DNA of 64,000 nucleotides, taken from positions 1 through 64,000 of the forward strand of contig JAAILG010000979.1 of NCBI GenBank assembly GCA_012026655.1. The letters run 5' to 3'. This DNA comes from Hydrolagus affinis. Taxonomy: Eukaryota. The notes under the pieces are model-generated. The model was not told where the DNA came from, ran no database searches, and saw only the letters and a list, made by a program, of their open reading frames with translations. The stretch's first letter is position 1; the number at the start of each line of letters is the position of its first letter. This document shows positions 40,803 through 53,457 of this stretch, one piece after another. The translations under genes and the position numbers were made by a program.

Positions 40803-40985
40803 TCCGCCCTCTCCCCCTCTTCAAGGCCCACCTGAAAACCTTCCGCTTTGACTGTGCTTACAGCCGCCTCCTCCCTCTCCCCCCACCCCCACCCGTGAAC
40901 TCAGAGTCAGGCTCTGCCACTATTAAGTGCCTTGAGATGCTACCTGGCACGGAGGGTGCTATGTAAGTGCAAGTTGTTGTTGTTT
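40803..40985 (+). mobile_element. L2 LINE 3' end
   Basis: FKAHLKTFRFDCAY in the ORF track. Tail gagggtgctatgtaagtgcaagttgttgttgt. Confidence 0.8.
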
Positions 40986-41889
40986 CGTTCAGGGTGTGGG
41001 GCTATTAATGTGGGGCCTCGAGCTTCCTAGGTGGCTCCCCTTGAATATAGCAAGTGCAAATCAACGAAGTCATAAAAGGCAATCATATTTCTGAATCTAG
41101 GTGGCACGCTCAAGCTCTCAATTTGATTGCATTGTGGCTGCAATCCATCACCTTCAAAGCTTTATGACAATTTGCTTCACCCAAAGAATATATATATATA
41201 TATATACTTTTTAGAATACCATTCGGTCAGATTTAAAAACAGAATGAAAATCAGCTATGCCATTGCATCGCTTATCCTTTAACCTTTTCTTGAAGGATTG
41301 TTTTTTTCCTGCTGCAGTTTCCTGGATCAGAACCAGTTTAGCATCACACCCAAAAGGAAACTTCTAATTCAGAATCCCCCAACCCATCAATCTCAACCAG
41401 CAGATGAGAAACACAGAAAGAAACTGGTTAGATTTTCAACATATTGTTTAAGCACTCCAAGTCATTACCTGATGTGACTGGTGTTTTATGAATCAATTTG
41501 GTTTTGTTGTAAAAAAAAATGATGATGGGGCTCTCATAATTCAGATGGTTGAGTTACGAACTGAACCCACATACCCCACAATTAGTTTACAATTTGTAAC
41601 TCACTCCCACTATCCATTATTCTTCGCAAAACCATCTGAATCTCTCAATTAGATACCAGCCTGCAACCAAGTCTTAGATATCCATTATTCTTTTTTCTTA
41701 ACAGGAAAATTATATACTCTCTATAATTAAGTGAAATCCCTGCTGGGATCCCAATTCTAGCTTAGAATTAGAAATGTGTTCAATATATTTGTTTACATTT
41801 CAATTTTGGTTTCACTTTGTTCCCAACTGTAAGCAATCTCTTCAGAGGGTGTCTGTCTGCCAGTCTGCTTCAGTTGGTTTCACTGCCTC

Positions 41890-42160
41890 TGGGTCAAAAC
41901 ATTGTGGGTTACAGCATGTCAGAAATTTGAGCTCAGTCCAGGTTGACATTCCAGTGAAGTGCTGGGGAGTGCTGCATTGTTTGAGTTTCTGGCCTTGAGA
42001 CATGCATTTGAGGTCCTGCCTTGCCTGTTTAAATAGATGTTGCAGGTCCCACGGCACTATTATTATTGCTTTTTTTTCTTGAGGAATTATTATCAGGCGT
42101 GTGAAGTAAGGAAACACTTGCAAGGCGAGTGCTCAAACCACTGAGCTACAGGACTCCACG
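41890..42160. mobile_element. DeuSINE 5' part (+, about 41890-42060) abutting a young SINE head fragment (-, about 42070-42160)
   Basis: ccagtgaagtgctggggagtgctgcattg...cccacggcactatt on the plus strand, then gtgtgaagtaaggaaac...ccactgagctacaggactcc on the minus strand. Confidence 0.7.
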
Positions 42161-45064
42161 TTATATCAAATGGAAGGATTATTATGATTGTTAACCAAGA
42201 ACGGCAGCACAAAATTCTATTCAAACCCACTCCATCTATATACGCAAAGTGACGGAGTTGAAGTTTTTCCTGCACTAAAATTAAAAAGTCAGGAGAAAGT
42301 GATTTTCACCATTTGTCTGATGATTAAAAATCCAACCTTCACAAAGAATATGATTCCCTCTTCACACCAATTCCATTAAAAGAAATTACACTTAAATATT
42401 AAGTGTTGCAGGAATTCCTGAGCCTGATAACGAAAGGTGGCTGAAATTGCATGATCACTTAAACAATCGGAGTTCATGGTAAAGCAGACTCCATTCATAC
42501 CTCAATACACAACAAATAGCTAGGAATGCTCTATCAATGCTGCATTGCACACCACCACTGGGGAATATATGAGTGGGGTCCTGTGCAGCCTCTTGGTAGC
42601 CATCTCATCTGGTAGTAAAATACCCAGCCTCCAACCTCCATCCAATGGCTATACCAAGCTCACTTTGTGAGGATGGTGGGATGGGAAGAAATATTTAACC
42701 ACCAGTTTGCATGCCCTGTGACACTGTCTTGAGGGATGTGGACTTATAAAGTGCACTAACCTTAACAAAAAGTTCACAGCAGAAATTCATTGAGAGTGAA
42801 ATGGAGAGGATTGTGCCATATCCATTTCTGAAATACAGACATTTACTTTCAAGATTTTTTTAAATGAAAAAAAGCAACAAAGCAACAAACACAAAAGAGA
42901 AGAGGGCCACCCAGAAATATTGCTTGCTTAGTTGAAAAGTAACCACACTGCCCCAAGTCAGATTCAAATGTTACTGAAATTATTGTATTATTCTGTGTTG
43001 ACAGTCACTCTTGGCAGCAAACAACCCATCTCAACTTGTTGATTGCACTCAGAGGCCAACCTCGTACATGCCGCTGTAAATCTAGTGAGAGATAGAGAGA
43101 GAATCACTAGAAAACAGTCCTCCTGATTGCTCAATGTCAATTTAGTTTCTGATGCTTGTAACAACACCATGAAAACCATATTGCCCATCACAGAGACCTT
43201 TTTGCTGAACTAGGCAAAACAAATGGTGTTGAAATAACATGCGGAAATCAACGGTTCTACCTCAATAGCTGAGTTTTCAGCATTCCGTGGTACTAACCTG
43301 CATGATGGGTGTTGTTTAAAGGCAAGTTATCAAAGACTTCAAAAACTTATGGAAGATGACATCCAAAGCCAAATTCTCAGGACAAATTCTGTTAAACTTT
43401 AAGGTTGCATTTTTATGCAAAATGTACTCCTAGTGTGATAAAAGAGCTTGCAAAGTTATCCCGGACTTCATTACTAAAAATTACTTTGGGAAAGCATGTC
43501 CTTGGGAAAAGCCCATTGAGACCACCTCAAACCCCATTGGTTAACAAACAAACATTGTACAATAACTGGATGTAGCTGAGGTAATTTGGATTTATTGATG
43601 GCACCAATGTGAGCTTGAAATTTTCACTTTTGAAAACAAGAAAAAGAGAAATGTTACTATAAGAAACAAGATTTATCATATTGATATCACTGTCAATGTA
43701 ATAATAATCCATGCATTTGATATACGACCATATCTTGCCTTAGAGATGTCTCAAGACGCTTCATAGAATATACAGAGGGGGTAGAGTAAGGAAACTTGCC
43801 TAATGTTTCATCCTGCCCGAAAATCAAACTTGCTTGCTCTAACTACTAAGCTGCAGGACTCCACTGATATAGGTTGGCAATAGTTTCATTTTGTGAGTCG
43901 ACTGCCAACAGTTATCAATGACAACAACAACAAAATTACATTTCACGACAGAAGGACGCCCCAAGGCACTGAACAGTCAGGAGTCGGGCTGGTTATCATA
44001 GCTTGCCGGAGGAGCAAGAAAGAAAATAGAGAGATAGTAAAAGAAAATTTCAATTCGGAACATCACACTCTGCAGCTTGTGCCAGAGCTGAGAAGACTTT
44101 AATAAACCTCTCAGGTCTCAAGGGCTGAGAGGAAGTCATAAATCATCAGAACAATGTGATCCTGTCTTATAACACATACTTGACTTTGTGTCATCTTACA
44201 TTTAATTTGCAGATCGTTGTTTGTAGAACTATATATGGTACTCTACAAGCATCAAGGCTGATGGTGGCGCAATGCTCAATTGAGATTAACAAATCCCAGA
44301 AATCTGATTAAAATTGTTGATTTGTGAATTTAGAGGCGCTGTAGTGTTTTCCTTAAAACAGTCAAACCTCACTTTCACTGGTTCCTCCCAGCAATATTCC
44401 AGAGCCAAGAGGGCATGAAACTTGCTTCCAGGACACCATAGACATTTGGTATCCATTTAATGAGAGATGAAAGATACAAAGCCTGACAGTTTTTCTCCCT
44501 TCCAAACAGTTACACTTCCCAGCTCAAGCTCAACACAAGGAACTTGGCATATTGATAAGTCAAGGTGCACGTTCAACATGCAGTTCATTACCTTTCCTCC
44601 AAATCTGTTCTCAGACCCGCTAAACAAATCATTGTTAACTTTCATCATTCCCTCCGACACCCCCTCCCCCACAACACACTCACACACACAAACACTCACA
44701 CACTTCCCATGAAAAGAATCAAATTAAGATTTTTGTTAATATAGAGAATGTAGGCAGATGCTACAAGTGACAGTACAGACGGGGTTAGCCAGAAGCTTCT
44801 GGCATCTTACACATTCACAGGCACAACAGGGTTCTTTTAACCCTTGACAGCGGCAATCATGCAGACACTCAGTGAGTACGGGCAATTCTTTCAGCGTCTT
44901 CGCGGATTGGTTCTAAAATAACTGAGCAGAATACTCTTAACATGAGAATTCTGCTTTCAACTTTTTAGCCCAACATTTGTCCCTATCCATAAGCATCTCT
45001 TTTTTTATTTTGCGTCCTACATGCAAGGTGCTTGTGTAGCTATGAGCATATATGTTCCACTTAG

Positions 45065-45610
45065 TAATATTCCACTCCTTCTCCACTGCCTGCTCCATGT
45101 AGCCCACCCAGCCTGCCCCACCATCAGTGGACGGGCCTTCAGCCTCTCTGACCCACCCTCTGGAATTCCAAACCACACTCCCTTTGCCATGCTCCCTCCC
45201 TTACCTCCTTAAGGCATGCCTTAAGACTCGCCTCTTTTCCGCTCCCACCCTTTGGAACTCCATCCCCCAATCCCTCCGCCTTGTTTCCTTCCTTTCCTCT
45301 TTCAAGGCCTGTTTGAAGACTTTCCTTTTCGACCGTGCCTTCTGTTCCCCCCCTAATTCTTCGACCTCCCCTACGTTTCTTACCCCCTCCCGAACACTCC
45401 CCTCCCAGCTCGGGTCACACGCCTCCTGTGCAGCGCCTTGGGACGTCCTCCCGACGTGAAAGGCGCCCTATAAGTGCAAGTTGTTGTTGTTGTTGAGCCT
45501 TTGGGCACAGAGCTAGCCTCTCTGCTCCAATTCTCTTAGTGACCGTTCAGCACCTTGGGACTTCCTCTTGATGTGAAGGATGCTTTACAAATATAACTTT
45601 GTATTGTATC
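45065..45610 (+). mobile_element. Nested L2 3' ends: a younger copy (about 45238-45495) inside an older copy
   Basis: Older copy reads PTISGRAFS..LKACLKTRLF. Inner copy reads APTLWNSIPQSLR..FKACLKTFLFDRAF and ends in (GTT)n. The older 3' UTR and a second tail then resume. Confidence 0.8.
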
Positions 45611-45952
45611 ATTTTATAAATTAGATTTTTACCTTCTCCAACAGTTCTCCGCATGACAGTATGGCTAAAATTCTGAATTCATCTTTAAAAGGTCTTGAAG
45701 AAGCAAAATTGTCTATTGCTTCCTATCTCTCCTGTTCCAATCCTTAAATGAAACAGGTCTCAGCCGGCCTGAGGAGAACCATTTCATCATTGTAGAGTTT
45801 CTAGGTACCATTTCTCCTGTTTATTCAATGCTGCTTCAAACTGCCGAAATAACTCGAGATGGAACACACCAATTGTGAAACAATAATCTAATACACTTTG
45901 GGAAAATGTGCCATGATACTGGAAAGATAACTCAATCTTGCTGTAAGAGACG

Positions 45953-46052
45953 NNNNNNNNNNNNNNNNNNNNNNNNNNNNNNNNNNNNNNNNNNNNNNNN
46001 NNNNNNNNNNNNNNNNNNNNNNNNNNNNNNNNNNNNNNNNNNNNNNNNNNNN
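45953..46052. other. Assembly gap (100 N)
   Basis: Run of exactly 100 N followed by a poly-C tract. The true gap size is unknown. Confidence 1.
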
Positions 46053-46499
46053 CCCCCCCCCGCGCCCCCCACACCCATCCCAAGGTCATCTTAACCTCTG
46101 GAGATTTAGTGATTTAGTATAGCAGAGAGGAAGTTCTCCATCTCTTGTGAATAAAAACTTTTCAACTTCCTTACTGAATTAGGGATGTTTTACATTTCTA
46201 TTTATTGAAGATGAAGCTGAGATTGAAGAGACAATTTTAACCAGTGGCATGGCAAGAAATCAAAGTTCTATCTCCGCCAGCTTGTGGTACACTATGGATG
46301 ATGGATGTTTTACATGCTCACATGAAGACAAAGTGTATTCAGAAATAAGAATTTTGCATGTGTGCAGACTGTGCTAGAGAGGACACAAGATTTCTCTAGA
46401 ATCTTTCCAGATTTTATGCACTAGCTGGAGCAATTTTGCAAGAAAAAAAAAGTTTGGAAGTTTGTTGTTCAGAAGAATGGCAAGCAAACAAATTATCGC

Positions 46500-46692
46500 T
46501 CCAAAAAAAAGTGATAAAGTTGATCATTACAATCCATGACTGTTTGTGGGACACTGCTGTGCACAATTGGCTGCCACATTTTGCCCACAAATATACAGCC
46601 AATTCACTTTACAGTAAATTCTGTGAAGCACTTTGAGACGTCAATAAGATGTGAAAAGCGCTATATCAAATGCAAGGATTATTATTATTATA
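46500..46692 (+). mobile_element. 3' half of the young tRNA-SINE
   Basis: caatccatgactgtttgtgggacactgctgtgcacaattggctgcc...gcgctatatcaaatgcaaggattattattatta. Confidence 0.92.
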
Positions 46693-47084
46693 AATTAGGT
46701 CAGTGTTGCTTAGTGTAGAGCAGTGGTGGCCAACCTTCATGGTTGGTCAACAAAATCAATTTTCTTGATTCTGAAATGGATCAATATTTCTTGATTCATG
46801 CCATAAATCAAAAAATATTCCACCCACCCCAAAAAATGAAGAGAACGGCCACTTTTCTAATGCGAAAGATCTCAAACCTGCATTGCCATGATTTAGGTAA
46901 CTCAACCTCACAAGCACGGAGTCCATAAGTGGTTTCAAATATGCTTTGGTTTACTTTGTTTGTGGGTTTTTTTTTGTCATCTTGTTTTGTCAATTTTCTC
47001 CTACCTCTGAAAATGTGAAGGTCTTTGTTCGATTCCACAACACTTTCTAGTGCCTTTCCAGCATCTTATCCAAGGGCGAGTATA

Positions 47085-47370
47085 GGAAGTGAGTGTTGGC
47101 AGGCTTTGACCAATAGGGCATGAGAGTCAACTTTAATGTTCTCCTCAGATACACACTCATGGGCTTTGCAGAAATCTCTAGATACCAATTAGGAACGTAA
47201 ACCTGGCTGACCATGTTTGCAGTGTTCAGGCTAATTGTAAGGCCCTGAATACTACTACAGCTGAGAACAGCTAACTCAACAGTGACCTGGAATCGATCCT
47301 GCTAGCCTTTCGGGGTGTGAGGCTTGGTGCTGCACTAGATGGTAGCTTTTTAGCCATTCGGCCTTCGGTG
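47085..47370 (-). mobile_element. Ancient tRNA-derived SINE (tentatively AmnSINE2-like)
   Basis: cagctgagaacagctaactcaacagtgacctggaatcgatcc is a reverse-complement match to the 37110 and 6775 copies. Confidence 0.55.
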
Positions 47371-49174
47371 GAATATATTTTTGGTTTTAACAACTGAGTT
47401 CTGATGATTTCATCAAGGGAACAGCTTTAAGGAGTAACTGAGCCCTGCAGTGAGAGCGAGCTGTATTAACATTAGGAGAGTTAATAATTCAGTGTTGCAT
47501 CAGCATCAACTGTGTATGTTAATTCTGCAAATTCAACCTGTCAAGCTCTGTAACCCTTTCAAACGTGTACTTGCCAATTAAGGCATCGGTATTTGTTTAA
47601 TAAGTTTACTTTCAACTTAACTAATCCTGGGGGTTTTAATGGCTGGTTCCTTAACACCATAGAACAAGGAAGGAACATGTGAATCACATTAAATTAATGC
47701 AGAGCCTTGAGAATTCTCCACCCGCATCAGTCAGGCACTAGAGTATCAGGTATCCAGAAAAATGAACTTTCTCCTACTGTATTTGCTAGGAGATAACCAT
47801 CACTGTTGAATGAATAGAAGAGGGAAATACTGGATTCCACTTCCAGCCTACTTCATCCACCCAACCTGAGCACTGTAAACATCAAGCTGTTTAACTAACC
47901 AGTATAAATGTCCTCATTAATTCACTTTGAAAACGAAAGCTGTTCCTTGAGGTGACAGAAAGCAAAGTATTTCTCCCCATTCTAGCTCAGCCATATACAT
48001 TTAATCAGAAACCTTGTACCTGTTCAATCAGACTCAGCATTCAAGGCTGGGTAGGAAGAGGAGACGAGGCGGCCTACATTAAACACACCAAATCCGCACC
48101 AGGTTATTTGATGTCTGATCCCTTCAGACTATCCTTGGTGAGTTAATTTATGACTATGAGCTTTCATTAATATCAGCATTTGACTTGCATTAATGCTGGC
48201 TCCCCTCAGAGTTGCGCTTCTGTGCAATCAATGGGTTTGCCTTACAGGTACACAGAAATGTCGACAAGTTGTACAAGTGACACAACACCTTGCATTGAAA
48301 CCACTTCCTTAGAAAGTATCCCTTCCTGCTAATTTGATCTGAACTTTCAAGATGGCACAGTGCCAAGCTAGGCTGTGTTGACACCACAGCAGAGTTAATA
48401 CATAAAACATGAATAATCAACTGGGATACTGAACTGTGCAGTGTCCCTCTACTCCAGTAGAGGGTAGCACACACAAAGAATGACAGATTCCCTTACTATA
48501 ATCTCAGATGAACAATTTATCAGATGAGAAAGTGATTAGTGTGATTTTACTATTGAGCACAACATCAAACTTTACACACTAGTTCATATTTTGCAGCGAC
48601 ATTATTTGCCATGTAGTATTTAACCAAAGGGGAGCAACTTCTAAGCAACTTTTTCGTTTCAATTCGAATTGCAATTCCCTTTTCAATTCTAAGTTGCACA
48701 TAGTTATTTAATGCAATCTGATTCCTCTCCATTGACGCATTTGTGAAAGTTCACAGGGGATGTGAGAAGTCATAGCTACACCAAGTTTCATTTATACAAT
48801 GTTCACAAAGAGGAAGCGAGGCAATGAACCAAAATACTAGTTGTTCTGCCTTGGGCACTTTGAGTAAATAAAGAGTTAAAGATGTTGGAAGAAGCAGATT
48901 CTGTACCAGGAACATCATCTGTAACATTTGTCTTTGCTCATTCACCAACTGAAGCCTCTTGTCACAAATATATCCCAAAAAATACTTTGTTGGAGTACTT
49001 TGTTCCTTCTATCCTCTGCTGCCACTTAGTCAGCCTTGTTAATGAATCTTACCTGCAAATACACCCCACAACCAATTCACGAATACTCTTGCCTTAATTC
49101 ATTTCTCCACCTTTTTCCACGTTGGTCCCCTAACCAGTCTACCAGCCCACTTGGTGAATCCACTATGCCCATGC

Positions 49175-49565
49175 AATGTAACACCTCTGAGTCAGAAGGT
49201 TGTTGGTTCAAGTCTCACATTAGGACTTTGAACTCAGTCTAAACTGTCACTTCCGTGAGGTGCTGAAGGTGCACTGAAGATGTCCTTTGGATAACGTCAA
49301 ACCAAAGCCCCATCACTGTTTCAAGTGGATGTTAAAAATATGCCATTAGCCCAACTCAAAAAGAGAAGGGAGCTATGCTCAGTATCTTTGTCAACAGTAT
49401 ACCAGATAAAATTGATAATTCAAATCATGGCTGCTTGTAGAATACTCATTACTGTGTGCAAATTGGCTGCCATGTTCACCTACACTTGCTGCTGCGAAGC
49501 CCTTTGAGATGTTACAACAGCATGATAAGGCGCAATATCAAATTCAAGGATTAGTGTTATTATAT
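49175..49565 (+). mobile_element. DeuSINE copy
   Basis: Head cctctgagtcagaaggttgttggttcaagtc, Deu-like centre, gtgtgcaaattggctgcc, tail gataaggcgcaatatcaaattcaaggatt. Confidence 0.8.
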
Positions 49566-49779
49566 AACATACATGAGCTGGCCCTTTTAAATTTAAGGTT
49601 CCAAAGACTTCAGTCCCTTTTCTAAGCAGTCATTCATCCAGCTCGCTCGTGAATAATTAATCCACAGACTACTATTTCTGGTGCAAATCTGTTCTCTGGT
49701 TTCATTCGATAGTTGCTGATTTGGTATTCATGTCATCTGTATCCTATAATGACAATTTATACCCATCCTATCCTTCCTT

Positions 49780-49985
49780 ACCTTTCAGGCTTCATCGTGC
49801 TACATTCTGTGTTCTTTTTCTCCAGTTGAGCACATGCACATTTTAATCAGCTTAACCTTACAACATTTCAAGCTCCAGAATAATCCTCATCACTTTTCAT
49901 TGCACCAGCATCCATTTCATCAACGTGCCTTTTCAAAGCAAAATATCCAGAAGATAATACAATATATTCCAAATTGAAGTTTCCC
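49780..49985 (-). mobile_element. Old CR1 ORF2 fragment
   Basis: Reverse complement resembles a decayed LEYCV.FW...KRDVD..E.VQ.. region. Confidence 0.5.
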
Positions 49986-50977
49986 GATGAGTCAGAAATA
50001 AAGAACTTGTATATACAGCACCTTGTCCTATCGAAAACCTCAAAAAACGCTTTACATGTTAATTATTGTCAAGTGTAATGACTGCTCTTGCAGGTAAACA
50101 CAGCAGCCATTTGGGTCAAAAAGGTCTCGTGAACAGTCAAGTAGAGAATCAACAATTAAGATGGAGGTTTGCTGGCCAAGATACCATTTTAGAAACAAGC
50201 TGACCTTGGTGGTGCATTTGTTCCCCGGTCAACCAGGTTTCTCATACATGTTGAAACACATCACTATTGCCTATCCAGACCAAATCGATAGTTCCACATT
50301 GGTATGGAACCTACCATTGGAATTTATTTTTTGTTTGTAGGGAACAGCTCTCTCCCTGGAGGGACATATCATTCTTACCTAATTCCAGAAAGTGTTAAAT
50401 ACAGGTCAGCAAGAGCCAAGGTTTGAGAACTACAGTACAGGGTATACATTGGGGTTACTGCTGGAGTTCAGGCAGCTCCAATCACAACTTGCAAGCCAAC
50501 AAAGACCAACTGGTCTGCCACAGCAAATACTGCACATTAGACATTTAGACATTTCAGTCCACAACAATGTTTATTTATATAACATCCTTCACGCAGGGTA
50601 GGGACTCGGCGTGCTGAATACTGGCAAAAGTTTGATGCCAAGCTAGACAGAAAGGGGAGATGACCGTAGGCAGGGTTGCAAAGTAAGGTCTTCATTTCAA
50701 CATGATCAGGGGCTATAAAAATGCAAGTGCTTTCCTTATTAAAAGGGTCATTTGATAGCCACGAGGAACAGGAATCCTGGCTGATATTGTTCCTATCATT
50801 AGCCAAGTACTCGTCTACTGCTGCCCGGACAGACACATAAACAGTTAAAATAGCCTGCAAAGCCAATTTAGAAACACAATGAAAGGGGTGGCAAGAAATA
50901 TAATGGTCGCAGGTGCAATCTTGCAGTGTTATCACATCACCATGACAACCACAATACAAACTTGCACACTCTTGTAC

Positions 50978-51079
50978 CTTATCTTTGTCTTCCACCACAT
51001 CCATGAGTACGTCATCTGGATCCAGTATACCTCCATCTGTATACTCCAAGTGGTGAATCCTCACCAGATACCCCACGTC
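50978..51079 (-). CDS. PARD3B: PARD3B (Par-3 family cell polarity regulator beta) internal coding exon, equivalent to exon 2; part of the N-terminal PB1-like CR1 domain
   Basis: Minus-strand acceptor tgtttgtgcag|GAC at 51079 and donor AAG|gtacaag at 50978. The exon is 102 nt, phase 0-0, and encodes DVGYLVRIHHLEYTDGGILDPDDVLMDVVEDKDK. IHHLEYTDGGILDPDDVL..VVEDKDK matches the PARD3B paralog rather than PARD3 (VHRLEHGDGGILDLDD). Confidence 0.95.
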
Positions 51080-51614
51080 CTGCACAAACAAGAGTACAAT
51101 TTAAGTACAAATACAGTCATTGCCAAATACTGTACACTTGCATCTGCAACAAAGGAATTCGGTTCTAACGATTGGTTAAATTAGTCGAAACATTTGAAAA
51201 GTCCTGATAGTACAGTATCTGTATTGCTGGAGACCTGTCCCTTCCCGATACTATGGAAGTTGCCATTTCCACTTGGGACTAGATTTACATAGCATTTCGT
51301 AGCTTGCAGAATTTGTGAAACTGTTGAATTCAACGTCAATTTTGAAACCAGTTTTCTGCATTCGTTTAAAAGGATGAAGAATATAATTGGGCACAAATGC
51401 GATATTTCTCCACGGTCAAAATCTCAATTATCACTCACTATTCAGGGTCACATGTGGAACAACATTAACCAAGGCACTCGATGGCTATTAGTTCCAAGGC
51501 ATGGAAGACTGCTCAAAGGTACTGTGCATTCATTAAGGAATATTATTAGTAGCCTTACAAAACTGTTGAGTTTGTACCTTCAATGTAGAAAGGAGAATAG
51601 AGAAACAAAAACAC

Positions 51615-51845
51615 ACAGCAAATAATTTACAAGCATATAGTGTCTTCCACACTGGAAGGACATTGTAAAACACTTCACACAACTGTCTAAACTTCCGAGC
51701 AAGTGAGGAGAGCTCAGGTGGGTGAGGGGAAAAGATGGTATGGTCAGAGATAGGCTTCAAACGTGGCGAAGAAGGGGGCCAATTAGACAAATTCTAGGAT
51801 GGAGTTCCAGCGAGCAAGGACAGAATGGTTGAAAGTTCGCCCATC
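51615..51845 (-). mobile_element. L2 LINE 3' end
   Basis: ggagttccagcgagcaaggacagaatggttgaaagttcgccc is the reverse complement of a GRTFNHS.LARWNS motif, plus an L2-type tail. Confidence 0.65.
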
Positions 51846-51959
51846 ATTGCTTCCCCAAACTACTCAATTAATTGTCAGTGGTTCTGCCACTGTTAAGTGC
51901 TCTGAGATGCTAACTGGCATGGATGGCACTGTTTTAGTGCAAGTTATTAATGTTGATGA

Positions 51960-52352
51960 TGATTTGATAAATAATTTGATATATGCTTATCGTGTTGGCA
52001 GGATGCCCCCAAATCATTTCACAGGGCTTGAAACAAGTAGTGACTGTATGTTTTAGGCAAATGCCATAGATAATTTGCGCACAGTAATATCCCATAAACA
52101 GTGGACCAATTTATTTGTGGGATTTTTGGCTGGACACTGGGAGAAACTCTTTTATTTTGAATACTGTTATGGGATCTTTAACTTGCTAAACAGGGAGGCA
52201 GGAGTTCAGTGAAACATCTCATACAAAGGCAGCACCACCAACAATGCAACACACCCACAGAACTGCATTGAAGTGTCAGCCTGGGGTCTTGACATGGGCT
52301 TGAATCTACAATACCTGATTTAGAGGCAAGAGTGCTACCAACTGAGCCAGGC
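51960..52352 (-). mobile_element. DeuSINE copy
   Basis: Head agagtgctaccaactgagcc and gggcttgaatc. Deu region atgggatcttt and ctggacactggg. 3' region aatttgcgcacag. Confidence 0.75.
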
Positions 52353-52583
52353 TGACACACAATTCTCGTCATCTAGAAATAACTAAATTCTTTGAAAATA
52401 TGGTTGGCAGGAAAAAGTCTAGCTTATTTAATGTCCAGCACTATTATTTTGGAGTGTTCAACCATGAACACATGTAACACATTATAGTAGCCCCCTATTG
52501 CCTTTCTTTCACTGAACCCCAAATTGGTTTGTGCACCCTCAATGATGTGGTCTCAATGACATAATCAGTCACTATATCAAATA

Positions 52584-52838
52584 CAGGTATCCCCCGATTT
52601 ACGATGTTTCTATTTACTTTCTATTTCGATTTAACGAACATCATTTTTTAAACACCTTTTTATCGATACTCCACATTTGGTTTCGTTTTAACGACAAAAA
52701 TATTTGGCACTTTTTTTTTGCGCTTGCACAGTGGATTGCATGGCACCACTTGGGAAACCGCGTTTCGATTTACGATGTTTCGATTTGGGTGAGATTTTTC
52801 AGGAACACAAAACCCTGTCGTAAATCGGGGGATGCCTG
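52584..52838. mobile_element. Tc1/mariner (pogo/Tigger-type) MITE, 255 bp
   Basis: 21-bp terminal inverted repeats CAGGTATCCCCCGATTTACGA and TCGTAAATCGGGGGATGCCTG with 1 mismatch. TA target-site duplication on both sides. Internal repeats of TTTCGATTTA(A)CGA. Confidence 0.93.
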
Positions 52839-53457
52839 TACATGATTATTATTATTATTATCCTATTGTTTGGGAGGAAACTTTTAAAAATATATAGCCC
52901 TCCTTAAGGTAATAACCGCAACATTAATTATTTCTGTCAAACTGTGTTCTGATCGTATGTGAAACATCAGGAGATTCAGCAAGAAATCTACTGCAGCTGG
53001 AGGAACACTCCTTTGGTAACCAGAGGCTAGATTGAGGACAGTAAAGGTATTGGCTATTTTGCAAGGCAGTGCAATTTAATGTGCAGAGCAACACGTTGGC
53101 ATGGCGACAGCGCTGTTTAGTTTAATTGAATTGTTGTCTTTCTCTCAGCGCCCCCAGTCTCCTGTGAAGCACTCCTCCGCCAGGAATTCCTCGTGGGGGA
53201 CATCTCTCTCTCGAAACAAAAAAATGTCTGCTTCAACAGCAGTGTACGGAGGGGTAAATGGAAATGCAAACACACTTCAGCATCTGAACGCCGGTACAGC
53301 AACTGCATCTAGAAAGGCAACAATTCTCACCGTTATCCTTCACTTTAATGAGGCAAAGCTAAACATCAGGAACCCTTTGGAAATGGTCGCTTTGGATGAG
53401 GACCTGTTGTCTCGTTCTCCCTACTCCCAACTCTCACATACATACCACCACCATTCC

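Larger units (their letters stand above)
1..50977 (-). other. PARD3B: Probable PARD3B intron 2 (partial)
   Basis: Follows the GT donor of the exon on the minus strand. I could not find the expected exon 3 (LIAV.EEQ...) by eye. PARD3-family genes have very large 5' introns. Confidence 0.7.
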
